Origin: the human T2T-CHM13v2.0 reference genome, Homo sapiens
Reading direction: 5' to 3' (one strand)
DNA: 64,000 nucleotides
Assembly: GCF_009914755.1 (NCBI RefSeq)
Contig: NC_060925.1
Shown here: piece by piece, positions 25,488 to 39,414 of the stretch
Numbering within the stretch: position 1 is the stretch's first letter
Layout: every line of letters starts with the position of its first letter
Translations under genes and position numbers: made by a program
Notes under the pieces: generated by a model
What the model was told of the DNA's origin: nothing
The model's input: the letters and a program-made list of their open reading frames with translations, nothing else
Database searches by the model: none

Positions 25488-28400
25488 TTAGGGCTCTCAG
25501 GTACAGCTTCCTCTTTCCAGATAACTCCACCCTAGTCCGCTCTCAGGGTTGGCAGTGAGGAGGGGAGGCCACCAGACGCCCGGTTTATGACCTTGGGCAA
25601 GTTAGCTTCAGCTTCCTCATCTATGAAATGGTGCTAAAACCTAGTCATTTCAGAAACACATGACACTGTCCCATTCCTGGGGTGGTGGTGAGGGTCACTG
25701 GTGTCTACCGACAAGTGGTCCGGATGTGCCTGGCACGCAGAAGGTGCCCTGTGGGCGCTTGCTGCTGTTCTCAGGGTGATGCACTCCAGCTCCACGTGGA
25801 GAAAAAGCAGCGCCCTGTGGAGCCGGCAGAGCTGCCTGCAGTCAGTCTGTTTGCCACTCTCCCTCTGCAAAGTCTGCGTCCTGCAGAAGCCGTCCTCCCA
25901 CGCCTCCCTGGAACTTCTCACGTTGTGCCAACACCACTGAGCTTCCTGCCCTCCCTGCTCGCCCGCAGGGAATCTGCCAGGGATGTTCACTCCTCTGGCT
26001 CTCCGGTTTTGCGGCTCCCGCCACTCCCACTGTTCTAGCGCCTGGGTGCCCTCTGCCCTCCCACTCCCCCTCCTGCCTCTGTGAAGATCCTTCCAGATGC
26101 ATCAAGCCCAGCTCCCCAGGTAGCCCCCACTCTCTCAGGGGACGAGGGCTACTTGAGCTCAGGCCCCCCAGCCAGCCTCACTGTCCAACTAGAGGGCCTG
26201 GTCCAGTTGCTGTCGCCCTGGAAACACTTTTCTCACCTTCCTCAGCCACCTTCTTTCTCGTCCCTCTCTCTTTCTGTTGGTCTCACTGTCTTCTGGTCCT
26301 CTGTCTTCTTCTATTCCATCTCTTGTTTCCTTTGCCTCAAGTCTCTAGCTCTCCTTCCTTTCTCCCTGCCCCCTCTCCCTTTCTCATTTGGTCTTCCTGT
26401 CCTTTCTAATGCGTGCATCTGACATCCAGTTCTACTTCAGTGGCCTGCCCCATTGCCAGGCCTTCCAGAACTGATCTGGAGCAGCAGTCTTTTGCAGTGG
26501 ACTGTCACTTCTGTGGCATTCCTCAACCATGGACCGGGCCTGTCATGACCTGGATGATGAGACAGCCCCAGGCCAAGAAAAACCGTCTTTGGAGGCCACC
26601 TTTTAAAAACAAGCTTAACTCCAGATCTTGCATCTTTTAATGTGCTAATGGAGAAACTGAGGCATGAAGAAAGGAAAGGAGGGCTTTGGAATGACTTTCT
26701 TGCTGCATGAACTACATCTCCACAAATAAGAAGAGGCAGCAAGTCTGCATTCCTGCCTGTGGCTGTCCCAGGCCCCAGTCTAAGCCCCTCGCCTCAGCCC
26801 TGGTTGTCTCTGAATTCTCTGAGGGGTGTTCTTGGTCAGTGTCAGAACTCTGAATACTCCCAACTTCTCCGCTGCAGCCCACACCTCTCCCTTGGGCTCC
26901 AGACTTCAATAAGCACGTGTCCACCTGCCTACCCCTTACATGTCTGACACGTGTCTCAAACTCAAGGTGACTCACACCAAACTCTTGCTGTCTTCATCAT
27001 CAGCTCTCCCCCCATCTTCACGAGCTCAGTATTTGGTGCCACTATCTACAGCCACTCAGGCCAGGAGCCTGGGGTGCAGCCTGTGTTCCCTTCACACCCC
27101 ACGCTGAACCCATCAGCAGGTCCTGTCGGCCCTGACCCTACCCGCACAGCATTGCCGACATCTGACACTTCCCATCCCCATTGTCACCATGCTGATCTTG
27201 GCTGTGGTTGTGCCTCCCTGTGCTTTGCAACAGTCCCCTAATGAGGCCCTTCTTTCCTCCTTGACTCTCTTCTTTCTCTGCACTGTAGCCAGAGTGATCT
27301 TTCTGGGGCAAAAGTAGAGCATCCTCTGCTTCACATGCTCCAATGACTCCCTTGCCATTGACATAGAAGGCACGTGTCTCATCCTGTCCAACCTCATCTC
27401 CATTCTTCCCCAAGGCTCCTCTGCTCCTAGCACATTGGCCCTGAGGTCTCAGACCAAATGCCACCTCCCCAGAGAGGCCTTCTTCGACCACCTAAAGCAG
27501 GCACCCTTCTGTCTCCTGACCCCCAAACGCTGTCATTTTGCAGCCTGTCGCTTTGTCTGAGGTGCTTCAGAGCACTTGGCCCTGTTTGAATGTGTCTTTA
27601 TTAATGAATATGCTGTGGTCTCTTGTTCTTTTTGGAACACAAGCTCCTTCCAGGCAAGGATTTTGTCCTCCTTATTGCTGATCTTCTGACCCCAACATGC
27701 AGTAAAGGCTCTTTGCTGACTACATTGCCACACTCACATGGCCTACAGGCCAATGCCAGCAGCTGACCCCTTGGAGACAGGAAGCCAGGTTCTTGGGCCA
27801 AATATGCTGCTTCTGTGCTTTGGGGTGTCAGGCAAGTTGCTTCCCTCTCCAAGCCTGTTTCCTCAGCTTTCAAATGGTGATAAAGATACGTGCACTGCCT
27901 ATTTCATGAGTGCTTTTGTTCATCTACTCATTAAACAAACAAGTATTGAGTTCCCAACATGTGTCTGGTCTTTGGCTAGGAGCTGGGGGCACAGGTGCAA
28001 GCCAGCAGACCCCACACTGCTTAGTCCAGGGGCATCATTCCCTGTGGGCTCTATGAGAACCAGTGCCCTCAAACAAGACAGGCTTGCTCCTTGCTCTCAC
28101 GGACCTTTCTAGTCGGTGGGGGAGAGTCGAGGCACACAGACACAGAGAAGTAAACAAGATCATTTCAGGTAGAGATGAATGCTGGGAGAGACAGTGGGTA
28201 GCGTGTCAGCGAGTGGAGGCTGAGATGAGGAATATATTCAGCAGTAAATGAGAAAAGTCTTTGCAAAATACAAATTCCAGCAGTTACCATTTTCATCTTC
28301 CCGCTTTGGCAGAGGGAGGCAGTCAGAGGCCGGGAGATGCAGATGATGGAGTTTCAGTTGGCTGGAACCCCATCTCTGCCTCCCACACCGGGTCCTCCCT

Positions 28401-28690
28401 GTACCACACATGTATGTGCATGTGGGCGGAGGGGGTGTCACTGCTGAGTGAGCTTAAAGTCCCTTGCAAAAATGCCAAGTACTTATGTAAGCCCACTCAA
28501 AGGAGGGATAACCACCTCCCAGGTGGCCTGAGGGCAGCTGTCCCTACCACCAGGCAAATTGGGCCCTGGGCTCTGGTGACAGGCCTTTCTCTGCACTGAT
28601 CTCTCAGTGACATTTAGAGTCGTGGACAGACCAAGTTGTTTTCTTCCTCTCCCTCCCCTGCTTACCTACTGCATCCCAGAGCAGCCCCCG

Positions 28691-28703
28691 GTTGCTAGGC
28701 AAC
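28691..28703. promoter_or_regulatory. Near-palindromic RFX X-box
   Basis: GTTGCTAGGCAAC, flanked by G and C that extend the palindrome. Confidence 0.55.
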
Positions 28704-28820
28704 CTGGGACCAGGCCTGGGTGCAGGATTTCAGAACTCATGGGAGGCTAGGGAGTTGGTTAACTCTTGCAGGGGCAGCTCTTTGAATGGAGGTGCAATTA
28801 GGATAGGGAAATAGGTTTTT

Positions 28821-29155
<335 letters not shown>

Positions 29156-31319
29156 TGACCATAGCCCGATGGGCACAAGTACAGAGCGGACTCTTCAAAG
29201 AAACAGTAATAAAGAAAATCCCAGTGCCGTAAGCAAAGAGGAAAAGAAAACTTGGACAAAAAGAGGAATTTCCACATCTAAAAGGAAGGGCATTAATGAA
29301 GCACCTACTGTAGGCCAGCCACTGTAGCTGGGTTGCTTTAGCTAATCCTTCCAGCAGCCTTATGAAGTACAGGCGATTCTCTCCATTTTACAGATGAGGA
29401 GATTAAGGCCCAGCTATTAATACAAGGGGTGGAGCTGGAATTAGACCCAGTGTTGCCCGACTCTGAGGCTTCTCAGCAGGAACACAAAGCTCCGGGGCCT
29501 TACAGCGAAGCAAACTCCATCTGCCCCTCTTTCCTTCCCTGGGCCAGGGCAGAGCATTCTGACCAGTTTGCTGCAGATCCTGAGACTTACACTGTGTGAG
29601 GGCCTCCAATCATGCACACACCAGCACCCTCCACAGGGGAAGCTAGTGTGAGACAGGGCACCCGGGGTTTGAATTCCAACTCTTCTTTCCCTGGCTGTGT
29701 GGCCTTGGCCATCGTGCTTAACCTCTCTGAGCCCCAGGGTCCTCCTTGATAATGGGAGATAATGCTCACCTCAGTGGTTTATCATGTGAGTTCAGGTGCT
29801 GTGCGTACAGCATCTATCACAGAGGCTCATACACTATAGCTGTTGTTATTGTACCCATTTCATGGATGGGAAAACCAAAGCCCAGACAACTCCGGCCAGA
29901 CGGTATGTTCCAGAGCACTGAAAAGGTTCAAGACACATGCATCTTAATCTTGTCTGTTTCTTGGATCAAACTCATCCCCTCTGTGGGTCTCAGTCTCTTC
30001 ATTGCTACAAGGAGGGGCTGATCTGGATAATCTCTAAGGGCACTTTAGCTCTGGAGTTTCCACAAGACTGTGAATGCCAGAAGAGCAGGGACTGGGTCTG
30101 CTTTATTCTGTGCCCCTGGCCCCTGGCACAGCACCGGCACTGGGCGGGTACCCAGTGGATGCTCGCTCAATACTGGGGCAAGTAAACCAATGGGCCTGGG
30201 GCTCAGCACATGTCAGCAGCAGACTCTGGATTAGAACCCAGATCACCTCGCTCTCAGCCCTGCTCCTGGGGGCAGGGGCTTGGCAAGGTGGGGGTGGGGA
30301 TGACAGGGGCTGGCCTGGTCCTCACGGGCTGGGTCAGCTGAGGAGGCGGGTGCTGATGCCCTGGTACTGATGCGGAAGCCTCCTCCCACGCTAGTGCCCT
30401 GAGCAAGGCTCTGGACTCAGGAGCCCTGGTCAAGGCTTCAGGAGCAACTGGCTGCTTCTGCTCTGAAGGGGCAACGTGGGAAGAAAGTACAGCCCAGGCC
30501 ACGTACTTTCGGGTCCAACTCCCAGCCCTGGCTGGCACCTCCCACCACTGCCCAGCAGTGCCACTGCCTGGGGCTCCAGCCTCTGCTCCTCAACCTTTGC
30601 TCCACTCTCCCTCATCTCCTGGGGTCCTGGGCTGGGAGGGTGAAGAGCATTGAATAGAGAAGCTTCCCTGGGTGCAGAGAGCCTAGGCCAGCCCTGGCGA
30701 GTGCAGCCAGCCCACAGGAGCCCAGGGTGGAGGCTTGGGCTGGGCCAGCCAGGTGTCCCCACCCCTGTGGCAAAGACAGGTGGGAAGAGGCCATGGGAAA
30801 CTCGATCCCTGGAGGCCACCTTCTCCAGTCCCCTCTCCCCATCCCTCCCACCAGGCCCTGATCCCTTCCCCTCTCCTGAACATGGCCTTGGAGGTGTCAC
30901 AGAAAAGACACTTTGCTTTAGGCCTGAGAAGGACCACACCAGAGAGCTCCAACTCAGGAAGTCTCCTTGAGCTCACGTGGGGAACAAAAGGGGGTTCTTT
31001 CCCTGTCAACCACGTGCTGGTGGCAGTGGGCAGGGCAGGCCAAGAGCTGAGGCAGGTCCTCCCGGTGCAGGGGTCCGAGCCCCCAACCCACACAGCTGGT
31101 GCCAGGGAGACCTCACAGTCCTAACTCTGGGTATTGGTGTGTGCTGAGCTGAAGTGGTGGGTTGGGGGAGCTCAGGAGACCAGGGTTCTGAGCCCTGGAA
31201 CCCACTACGGGATGGAGGATGTATCTCCCGCCCTAGGGGATGAGTGGCAGAGAGGTGGTAGTTCCCTGACCTCAGGAGGAAACAGAGGAACTCCAAGGTG
31301 CACTCACAGCTCTGAATAA

Positions 31320-31735
<416 letters not shown>

Positions 31736-32438
31736 TCACCCTCCCAGCCCAGGACCCCAGGATCCACCCTGGCTATGCTGGAAAGGATGGTGCTCACGAA
31801 AGACTACTGTCCCGTGCCTCCAAATGTGCCTGCTGTCTAGGCCAGGATTGCCCTGCACATACCCATACCCTACCAGCCGCAGAACACGCTCCGGATGCCA
31901 GGGCCACGCCCCATGTGAAGGGCACTTGATCCACTTGCCCACATGGCTCCTTGAATGGTCTCAGTAACATGTGAGTCCCCCTTCCCTTCCCACCTATTTG
32001 CTTTTGTGGCCCTGGCAGCACCTATCTTAGTGCTTGGCATGCAGTCGCCCTTAATAAATATTTGTCCAACTGGAAGACAGCTGAGCCGTTTTGTTAACAA
32101 AATCACAGAAACAAGGAAACATGTTCTCAACAGCAGCAGTTGTCAAGGGAAGCTTCAAGATTAGCTCAAGTGAACAAGTATTTACTGAGCATGTACTATC
32201 TGCCAGGCTCTGGGCCCCCAGAGAGTTCAGGAGGTACACTCATGGGTGGGAGAGACCAGGGCAGGATGAGCACGGACACTCTGAGAAGCTCTGGAGCATC
32301 AGGAGAAAGCTCAGGAATATCTCCTTCCAAGCACTTGGAAGCATTTCATTTTCTAAAAGATCTCTGGGTCAAAGAGGAGGTGAACGTTAAGGAAAGGCCC
32401 AGGTTAAAAGACATTTCCATACAGAAAAGGCTACTCAC

Positions 32439-32542
32439 AAACCACTGCGCCATTGACGATGTGGAACTGGTAGCTGTTCAACACAGGCTGGCAGCTGAAC
32501 TCCTTCAGCTTCTCGTAGGGAGAGGGAGATGAGGGGCTGTGC
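32439..32542 (-). CDS. PLA2G2C: PLA2G2C coding exon 3 (catalytic motif lost)
   Basis: cttccag| acceptor, GTTT|gtgagt donor; (R)HSPSSPSPYEKLKEFSCQPVLNSYQFHIVNGAVV. Confidence 0.85.
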
Positions 32543-32671
32543 CTGGAAGTGGGTCCCTCAGGAATCTGCTGGAGGACCTTATCTGGGGACTAGAAAGGGC
32601 TCACCTGCCTCCTCCTCTAGGCAAGAAGGCATTGAAGGTGAGGAGGTGAATTATCAATAATATTAAACATA

Positions 32672-32996
32672 GGCCAGGTGTGGTGGCTCATGCCTGCAAT
32701 CCCAGCACTTTGTGAGGATAAGGCAGGAGGATCGCTTCAGTCCAGGAGTTTGAGACCAGCCTGGGCAACATAGGGAGACCGCCTATGTTTTTTAAGTTTA
32801 AAAAAAAAAAAAAAAGCCAGGCATGGTGGCACCAGCCTGTGGTCCCAGCTACTCAGGAGGCTGAAGTGGGTGGATTGCTTGAGCTCAGGTGACGGAGGCT
32901 GCAGTGAGCTCTGATTGAGCCTCTCCACCCCAGCCTGGATAATAGAGCAAGACCCCGTCTCCCAAAAAATAAATAAAATAAAAAATAATAATAATA
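32672..32996 (+). mobile_element. Alu (AluJ-like)
   Basis: Dimer with (AAT)n-type tail. Confidence 0.9.
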
Positions 32997-34252
32997 ACCA
33001 GTAGCATTTCCTGAGCCCTCTCTAGTATCTGTTGCTATCTCATTAGCTACTCATAGAAACCTATAAAGTACAATCATTGCTGCCCTTTTGTAGGGGAGGG
33101 ACTGAGATTCCAAGAGGCCAATTTCCCAAACTTAGGCAGCTGGAGAATGATAGACCCAGGACACAAACCTAGGCCCATTCATTCATTTAACACTTTTTAC
33201 TGAGCACCTACTGTGAGTCAGGCACTGTAACGGTCTCTGAGGAGACAACTGTCTGTAAAAGCCGACGTAGTCCCATTCATGGCACCCAGAGTTGGCTGGG
33301 GGCTGGATGGGAGAGCACTGGAGGAGAAATACCATCTGGAGCATGGGCTCAGTCCATGTCCTCAACCACTACACAAGGGACAGGAAGGCAGAAACTTAAG
33401 CTTGGATTCTAAGGCCTGAAAGGCCAAGAAAAATGTTTCAGTCTCCCTCTCTCACCATTCCCATCTGCAAGTGGGGGCTCTGCTGTTGATCAGCTTTGGC
33501 TAATGATGTTCAATTTCTAATCAGCCTTTGGACTTTGACAGGGGAGGCACAGACCATCAAGGAGAGGGGACAAACTTTGAAATAGGCAAATTCTCTTTCA
33601 ATCCTAACTCTGCCACTTAGAAGCTGCATTGCCTTTAGGAGGTGGTTTAGCAACTCACTGTCCTCACCTGTCAAATGGGCTGGTATCACTGTCTCGTGCA
33701 TTCCCTGCGAGAATTAAATTAGGTTTGTATGCCAATCGCCAGTCCCAGTGCTTGGCACATAAGGGCATTTCATAAGCGTCAGTTGCCCTTCCAAGGCTCT
33801 GAGGTCCTCCCATGGTTCCATGAGCCCCACCCACAAGACTCGAGCTCCAGGAGTGATATTTAAGGCCCCACTGTGGGGACATGTTTCTCCATACTAGGTT
33901 AAATGTGGCAAGGAACATTTTGCTTTCTTATGTCTTCAAATGAATTGACACGCAAACTGTCCCGTTTCTTACCTCCCCACACGTACATTCACCAGATGAC
34001 ACCCACCTCTACTTTTTCTAGGAACTCACACTCCCCCACCCCCATCCTTTGGAGTAGGCCTGAAGCCAGGTTTGTGCCATGCAACCTCACCCAGATGGAC
34101 AACTTCTCCAAACTGGGCCACTTGGATTCCCTCTCCTAGAATATGGAATTAGGACTAGTGAGTCAGTTGTGCTGTGCCTATAGTCCTAAAAGCTGGAGAG
34201 CTGAAAGCACAGCACTTTTACTATGAGGATGAAACAGCTTCTAGAGCTCTGG

Positions 34253-34481
34253 GCAGGACCAACGGCATAATTGCAGAGACTAAAGCAAAATGAAAACATG
34301 AGGCCCTTTATTAAGAATTTTAAGATGGTGGCAGCAGAGCAGTAAACCATGTTTAGGCCCTTATGAGTGCCAGGCCCTGTGAAACTTTACAGATCACACG
34401 CTCAAGAAGCTGGCCCTGACCCTTATGAGTGTTGGGCCCTGTGAAACTTCACAGGTCACACACTCAAGAAGCTGGCCCCGA
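34253..34481 (-). mobile_element. MER45A-like hAT-Tip100 element with duplicated 62-bp end
   Basis: Reverse complement matches remembered MER45A (cagggccagcttc...acagggcc...tgctctgctgcc...cttaata...ttttcattttgc...gtcctg); the unit 34358-34419 repeats at 34420-34481. Confidence 0.7.
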
Positions 34482-34652
34482 CCCTGGGTTTCTCAAGACC
34501 CATCCTCCAAATCCCGTTCAGTTCTTCCTTCCATTAGCCTGAGTTGTTTTCTGTTATTTGCCAGGCAAGAATCCTAACACCCTCTCTCTGGCTTCGAGCA
34601 TGAACTTTAATGCAAAACAAATGATAAGTGGCCTTAGAGCCTCTGCACCCAC

Positions 34653-34791
34653 CTGTCAGTGTCATCCACGGGGATCCCTTTATCCCCAAGCCCACAGTAG
34701 CAGCCATATCCGTAATATGAGAAGAAGGCACTTCGCCCCGTGATGTGTTTGACCCTCCTCTGAAACTGCCAGAAACTGCTGTGGGTGGGGG
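34653..34791 (-). CDS. PLA2G2C: PLA2G2C coding exon 2 (Ca2+ loop)
   Basis: ggcag| acceptor, GACAG|gtgggt donor; (S)[45 protein letters not shown]. Confidence 0.92.
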
Positions 34792-35453
34792 CTGCCACCA
34801 CCGATGAGAAAAAAAGGAAGAAGGAAGTTGCAATGAGCATGATGCTGCCTTGATGTCCCCTCCCCTTACTAGAGTGCTGAGCATTCGAAATATCACCAGA
34901 TCCCCAAAGCGAAGTGCAAGGGGCATGGCTGGAATCACCAGCCTCTTTCCTGGGGAATAAAATAGGTTCAGATTTGCCCCTGTAACACAGCTAGTTTTTT
35001 GCTAACCCAGATGAATACCCAGTTTCCATGAGGTTCAGAACAAGGCTTTCCCATCAACCATAGTCTTCCCCCTCAAAGCAAGAAACCACAGTTCTAGGCA
35101 GAACACCCTCGGGTCTGATGCAACATGAATGGCAAAAGTTCAAAGCCAGAAACGCCAGTCCCTCCAGATGTCATCAGGCCTTTACTATCTCACAGGAGAA
35201 ACAAAATACTTAAGAGGCAGGAAAGGTATCCTCAATTATTATTTTTTTAAATGACAAGTACACATGAACTCAGCTGTTTTTGCTTCTACAAGATGCTTAT
35301 GAGAGTGGGCACAAATGCATACACAAAATGGTTTCCTGAAGCATTATCTGTGATATCAAAAAATTGGAAACCACCCACATGTCCACCGACAGGGGGATAA
35401 TAACAAAATTATGTGTCTCAAAAATAAACTACATTTGATAGCACTATCTCTAG

Positions 35454-35864
<411 letters not shown>

Positions 35865-36969
35865 CAGCATGTGTTCCCTTCCTATTATGGTGTTTTGAAT
35901 GTGTGTGGGTAAAGGCTGTATAGAGGATGTATATCAAACTCTTAAGAGTGGTCACATCTGGATGTAGGGAAAAAACTGGGGTCTGGGGAGGATGAGGAGG
36001 AGCTTTACCTTGTTGCTATATACTCATTTATTTTACTTTTTAACTATAAGCATGTAGTAAATTTGCAATAAAAATACAACAAAGACATGAACTTGAAGAA
36101 GAGAAACAGAAATAGAGTTTGGGGGAGTTTTCTCAGGTGCCTTCGATCTCACTATCGTGTTCAGTCTAAACGGGGGTGTGGCGGAAGAAACCCATGGGCG
36201 GTCACTGCTGCCCAAGCAGTCCCTGGAGCCGCACTGAGGGGCTGCAGAGGCGGTCATCCCTGCGTACAGGTATCCTCCTGCACTATCACCTTGCAAAGTG
36301 TAAATTCCACCACTCACTGTGGGGAAAGGAAGTCTATTTTTGACATCTTTGACTTAGGGACTCAAAAGTTATTGTGACTCAATTGAAAGAGACAGGAAAA
36401 TGGATCTGGACAAACCTCCACTCAACGAATCCAGCAAAAGAGTCTATCAGTCTCCAGTAGACCCCAAACTGTTTCCCAGTAGGTCTTTCTTCACTTTGCA
36501 GAGGTAAGCAATCGGATCTCCCGGCAGCAATGACTTATAACTACCAATTATCCCATAAGTCACCATAAAAATGTCTTTCTGATAAGCATTAATCATTCTT
36601 AAATTAGCTGGATATATGTCTGCATTTTTGTTCTGAATCCAAATGGCCTTAAATAAAGGCTACTAGCATCCAAAGGAAAAAAGACTCTTGAGGGTGAGGG
36701 GGGTAAAATAGTAGTCAAACTCCCTTTCTAGCAAATGGTTGGCAACCTCTGATTTCCTAGACACTTTATAAGATCCCAACACTGGGATCAGCCCATTTTA
36801 TAGCAGAAACAGAAGCAAGAGGACGTTGGTGGGAGCCCGTTCCTTTCCTGATTCTTTTCTGCGGGACTTGTGACTTCCCTCACCTGGTGCCACCTGGAGA
36901 GTCCCCCCTCCCACTGACATAAACAGGAAGACAGAAGCTTGGTGCTGACCCACCAAGCTCTCTACTTAC

Positions 36970-37009
36970 AGCAGAAGAGGAGGAGGGTGAGGATGGCAAT
37001 GACCTTCAT
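36970..37009 (-). CDS. PLA2G2C: PLA2G2C first coding exon (signal peptide)
   Basis: MKVIAILTLLLFC followed by T|gtaagt donor; 40+139+104+167 = 450 nt = 149 aa plus stop. Confidence 0.9.
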
Positions 37010-38823
37010 TCCTGAGGAGACCAGGGGGTCTGAGGTTCTACAGCCACGCCTTCACCTGTGTGTGAGGGGTCTCCCAGCTGAACCTCTGTTCCAGGACAAA
37101 ATGACCAAAATGAGGCAAGGGTATTTGGGTGCAAAGCCCTAATTGTAGTGCCTTGGAAAGACCTCAGCAGAGGACTCAAAGAAATCATTTTCAAATCTCA
37201 TTCCCTTTGAATGTGGTAACCTTTCTGGCATTTAGATCTGAACATATAAAAATAAGAAGGGTTCCATGGTTTTGAAAGTGCAAATGTTGGTTTGGTTTTT
37301 TTTTTTCCAAATTTCTTTCTTTGGCAACATCATCCCTTCATCTCTTCTTTTTTTCTTTTGAGGAGTCCATATTTCCTCTGTTCCCGAGTTGGAAAGGCAC
37401 CTATGTTGTTCATAATAGAAATCCCACACAGGAATTCCTAGCTTGGTTTGCATCTAGTCCCACAGTGCCTTCCTTCCTTGATACCCAGGCATCATATTCA
37501 TCAACTTTACCTCTCTGCACCTTGGTTTCTTCTCTTGCAGAGTGAGACTAGAAATTCCTGTCAATAATTTCAAGCCTTTATTTTAAGGGCTTCACAGGTA
37601 TTACATGGTTTGACCCTTACAACTCCTTCTGAGGTTCTATTATCATTTTGAAGTTGGGTAAACCGAGACCCAGAGAGGGTGAACAAATTCCTCATGATCA
37701 CATAGCTGTCTACTTCACAGGCCCATTGTGGGACCTGCTGGAATAATGAAAGTAAAACTGTTTTGTACTATCAAATGCAGTCATAGGTAGACACAGAATT
37801 CATATTCCGATTAGTATGGGTAATGATACCCATATTAGAACAGTAGAGAAGAATGTGGGTTGCAGCCCTGCCATGGAGCTGCCAGGGATCAGCCAATGGC
37901 TTTCTTTACATACAAGTGGTCTTTATAGCCCCCATCATAAATCAGGCTAAATCTGGTAACGTCAGGACTTGGAGTGTGAAACAATAGCTCGGTTGAGCCT
38001 AGAGAAGTTGGCAGGTGCAGAGCTTGGGCTAGATTTACACCTGGTGGCAAAGCTTCCAAGGAAAACTTCAAAATGACCATCCTGCTGCAGATCCCTGGGA
38101 GAGTTAATCAGGGTGTCTTTGCTATCTTCCCCCTTTGGCAACATTCTGGTGGATGCTGCGAGGTCGGGCCCTGACCAGGCCTGGTCCCAGCCAACCTTCA
38201 CTTCAATTGCTGTGCGGGATGTTTTTTAATTAGGTTCTGTCTCTACAGGCTTGCTTCCTTTTTCTCTTTTGAGTCTAAAAAAAATCATGTGCAAGTTTAG
38301 CCCACGAAAAAGGGGCTCAGTTCTTTTGAATGAGCAGGTGATACACTTTAGAGAAACAAAGAAAGGGACCTGGGTGCATTACTGGTCATGAAATCCGATA
38401 GACTCTTATTAAGCACCAACTATGAGCTCTTCTAATGAGAACATTCTGACCCAAGGAAGCTGCCAAGCTGGCTAGAGAGACCAAATAGGTAAACAGAGAC
38501 CAAATATAGCCCCAAAGCCCCATGTGGGCTGCAATTCTGTTTGGTTCTCCATTAGTTCTCGAATGCTTCACACAGTCCTGGCAGGCCCCCTCTTCAGGGC
38601 TGGGGTACCAGCTGCTGCTGACGCTGTCCCTCACTGAGAACCACTCTCTGCTGCAGGTACCGCGTGGCCCAAGGTTATGGCCCCTCCCAGGGAAGACAGG
38701 AGAAGGAGTCTCTAGCCAATCCCTGGCTGGGGTGATAGTTTAAAGGGCCATCCCTTGCCTTTTTCAGGATAGCTCTGAAAGGCGGTCCCAGCCCCAGAGC
38801 TCCCTGTGGCCTCAGCAACTGCC

Positions 38824-38855
38824 TCTGTGTGTCAACTTCCCCTCTATGTCAGTTT

Positions 38856-38886
<31 letters not shown>

Positions 38887-39379
38887 CTTGTTCTTCTGTG
38901 TCAGCTTCTCCCTCTATGTCAGTTTCTGTGTGTGTGTGTGCGCGCGCACGTGCGTGCTAGCTTGTTCCTCTGTATCAGCTTCTCCCTTTATGTTGGGCTC
39001 TGTGCGTGTGTGTGTCAGCTTCTACCTCTGTGTCAACTTCTCCCTTGTGTGTCAGCTTCTCTCTCTAGGTCAGCTTCTCTGTGTGTGTGTCAGCTTCTCC
39101 GTGTCAGCTTCTCCCTTGCATGTCAGCTTCTCCCTTTTGTGTCAGCTTCTCCCTCTATGTCAGTTTCTGTGTGTGTGTGTGTGTGTGTGTTAGCTTGTCC
39201 CTCTGTGTCAGCTTCTCCCTCTATGCTGGCTTCTCTGTGTGTGTCAGCTTCTCCCTCTGTGTCAGTTTCTGTGTGTGTGTGTGTGTTAGCTTGTCCCTCT
39301 GTGTCAGCTTCTCCCTCTATGTCAGTTTCTCTCTGTGTGTGTCAGCTTCTCCCTTGTGTGTCAGCTTCTCCCTCTATGT

Positions 39380-39414
<35 letters not shown>

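Noticed and set aside
23748-25558. His/Thr-rich and Cys/Val-rich ORFs
   Set aside because: Translations of (CA/TG)n tracts.
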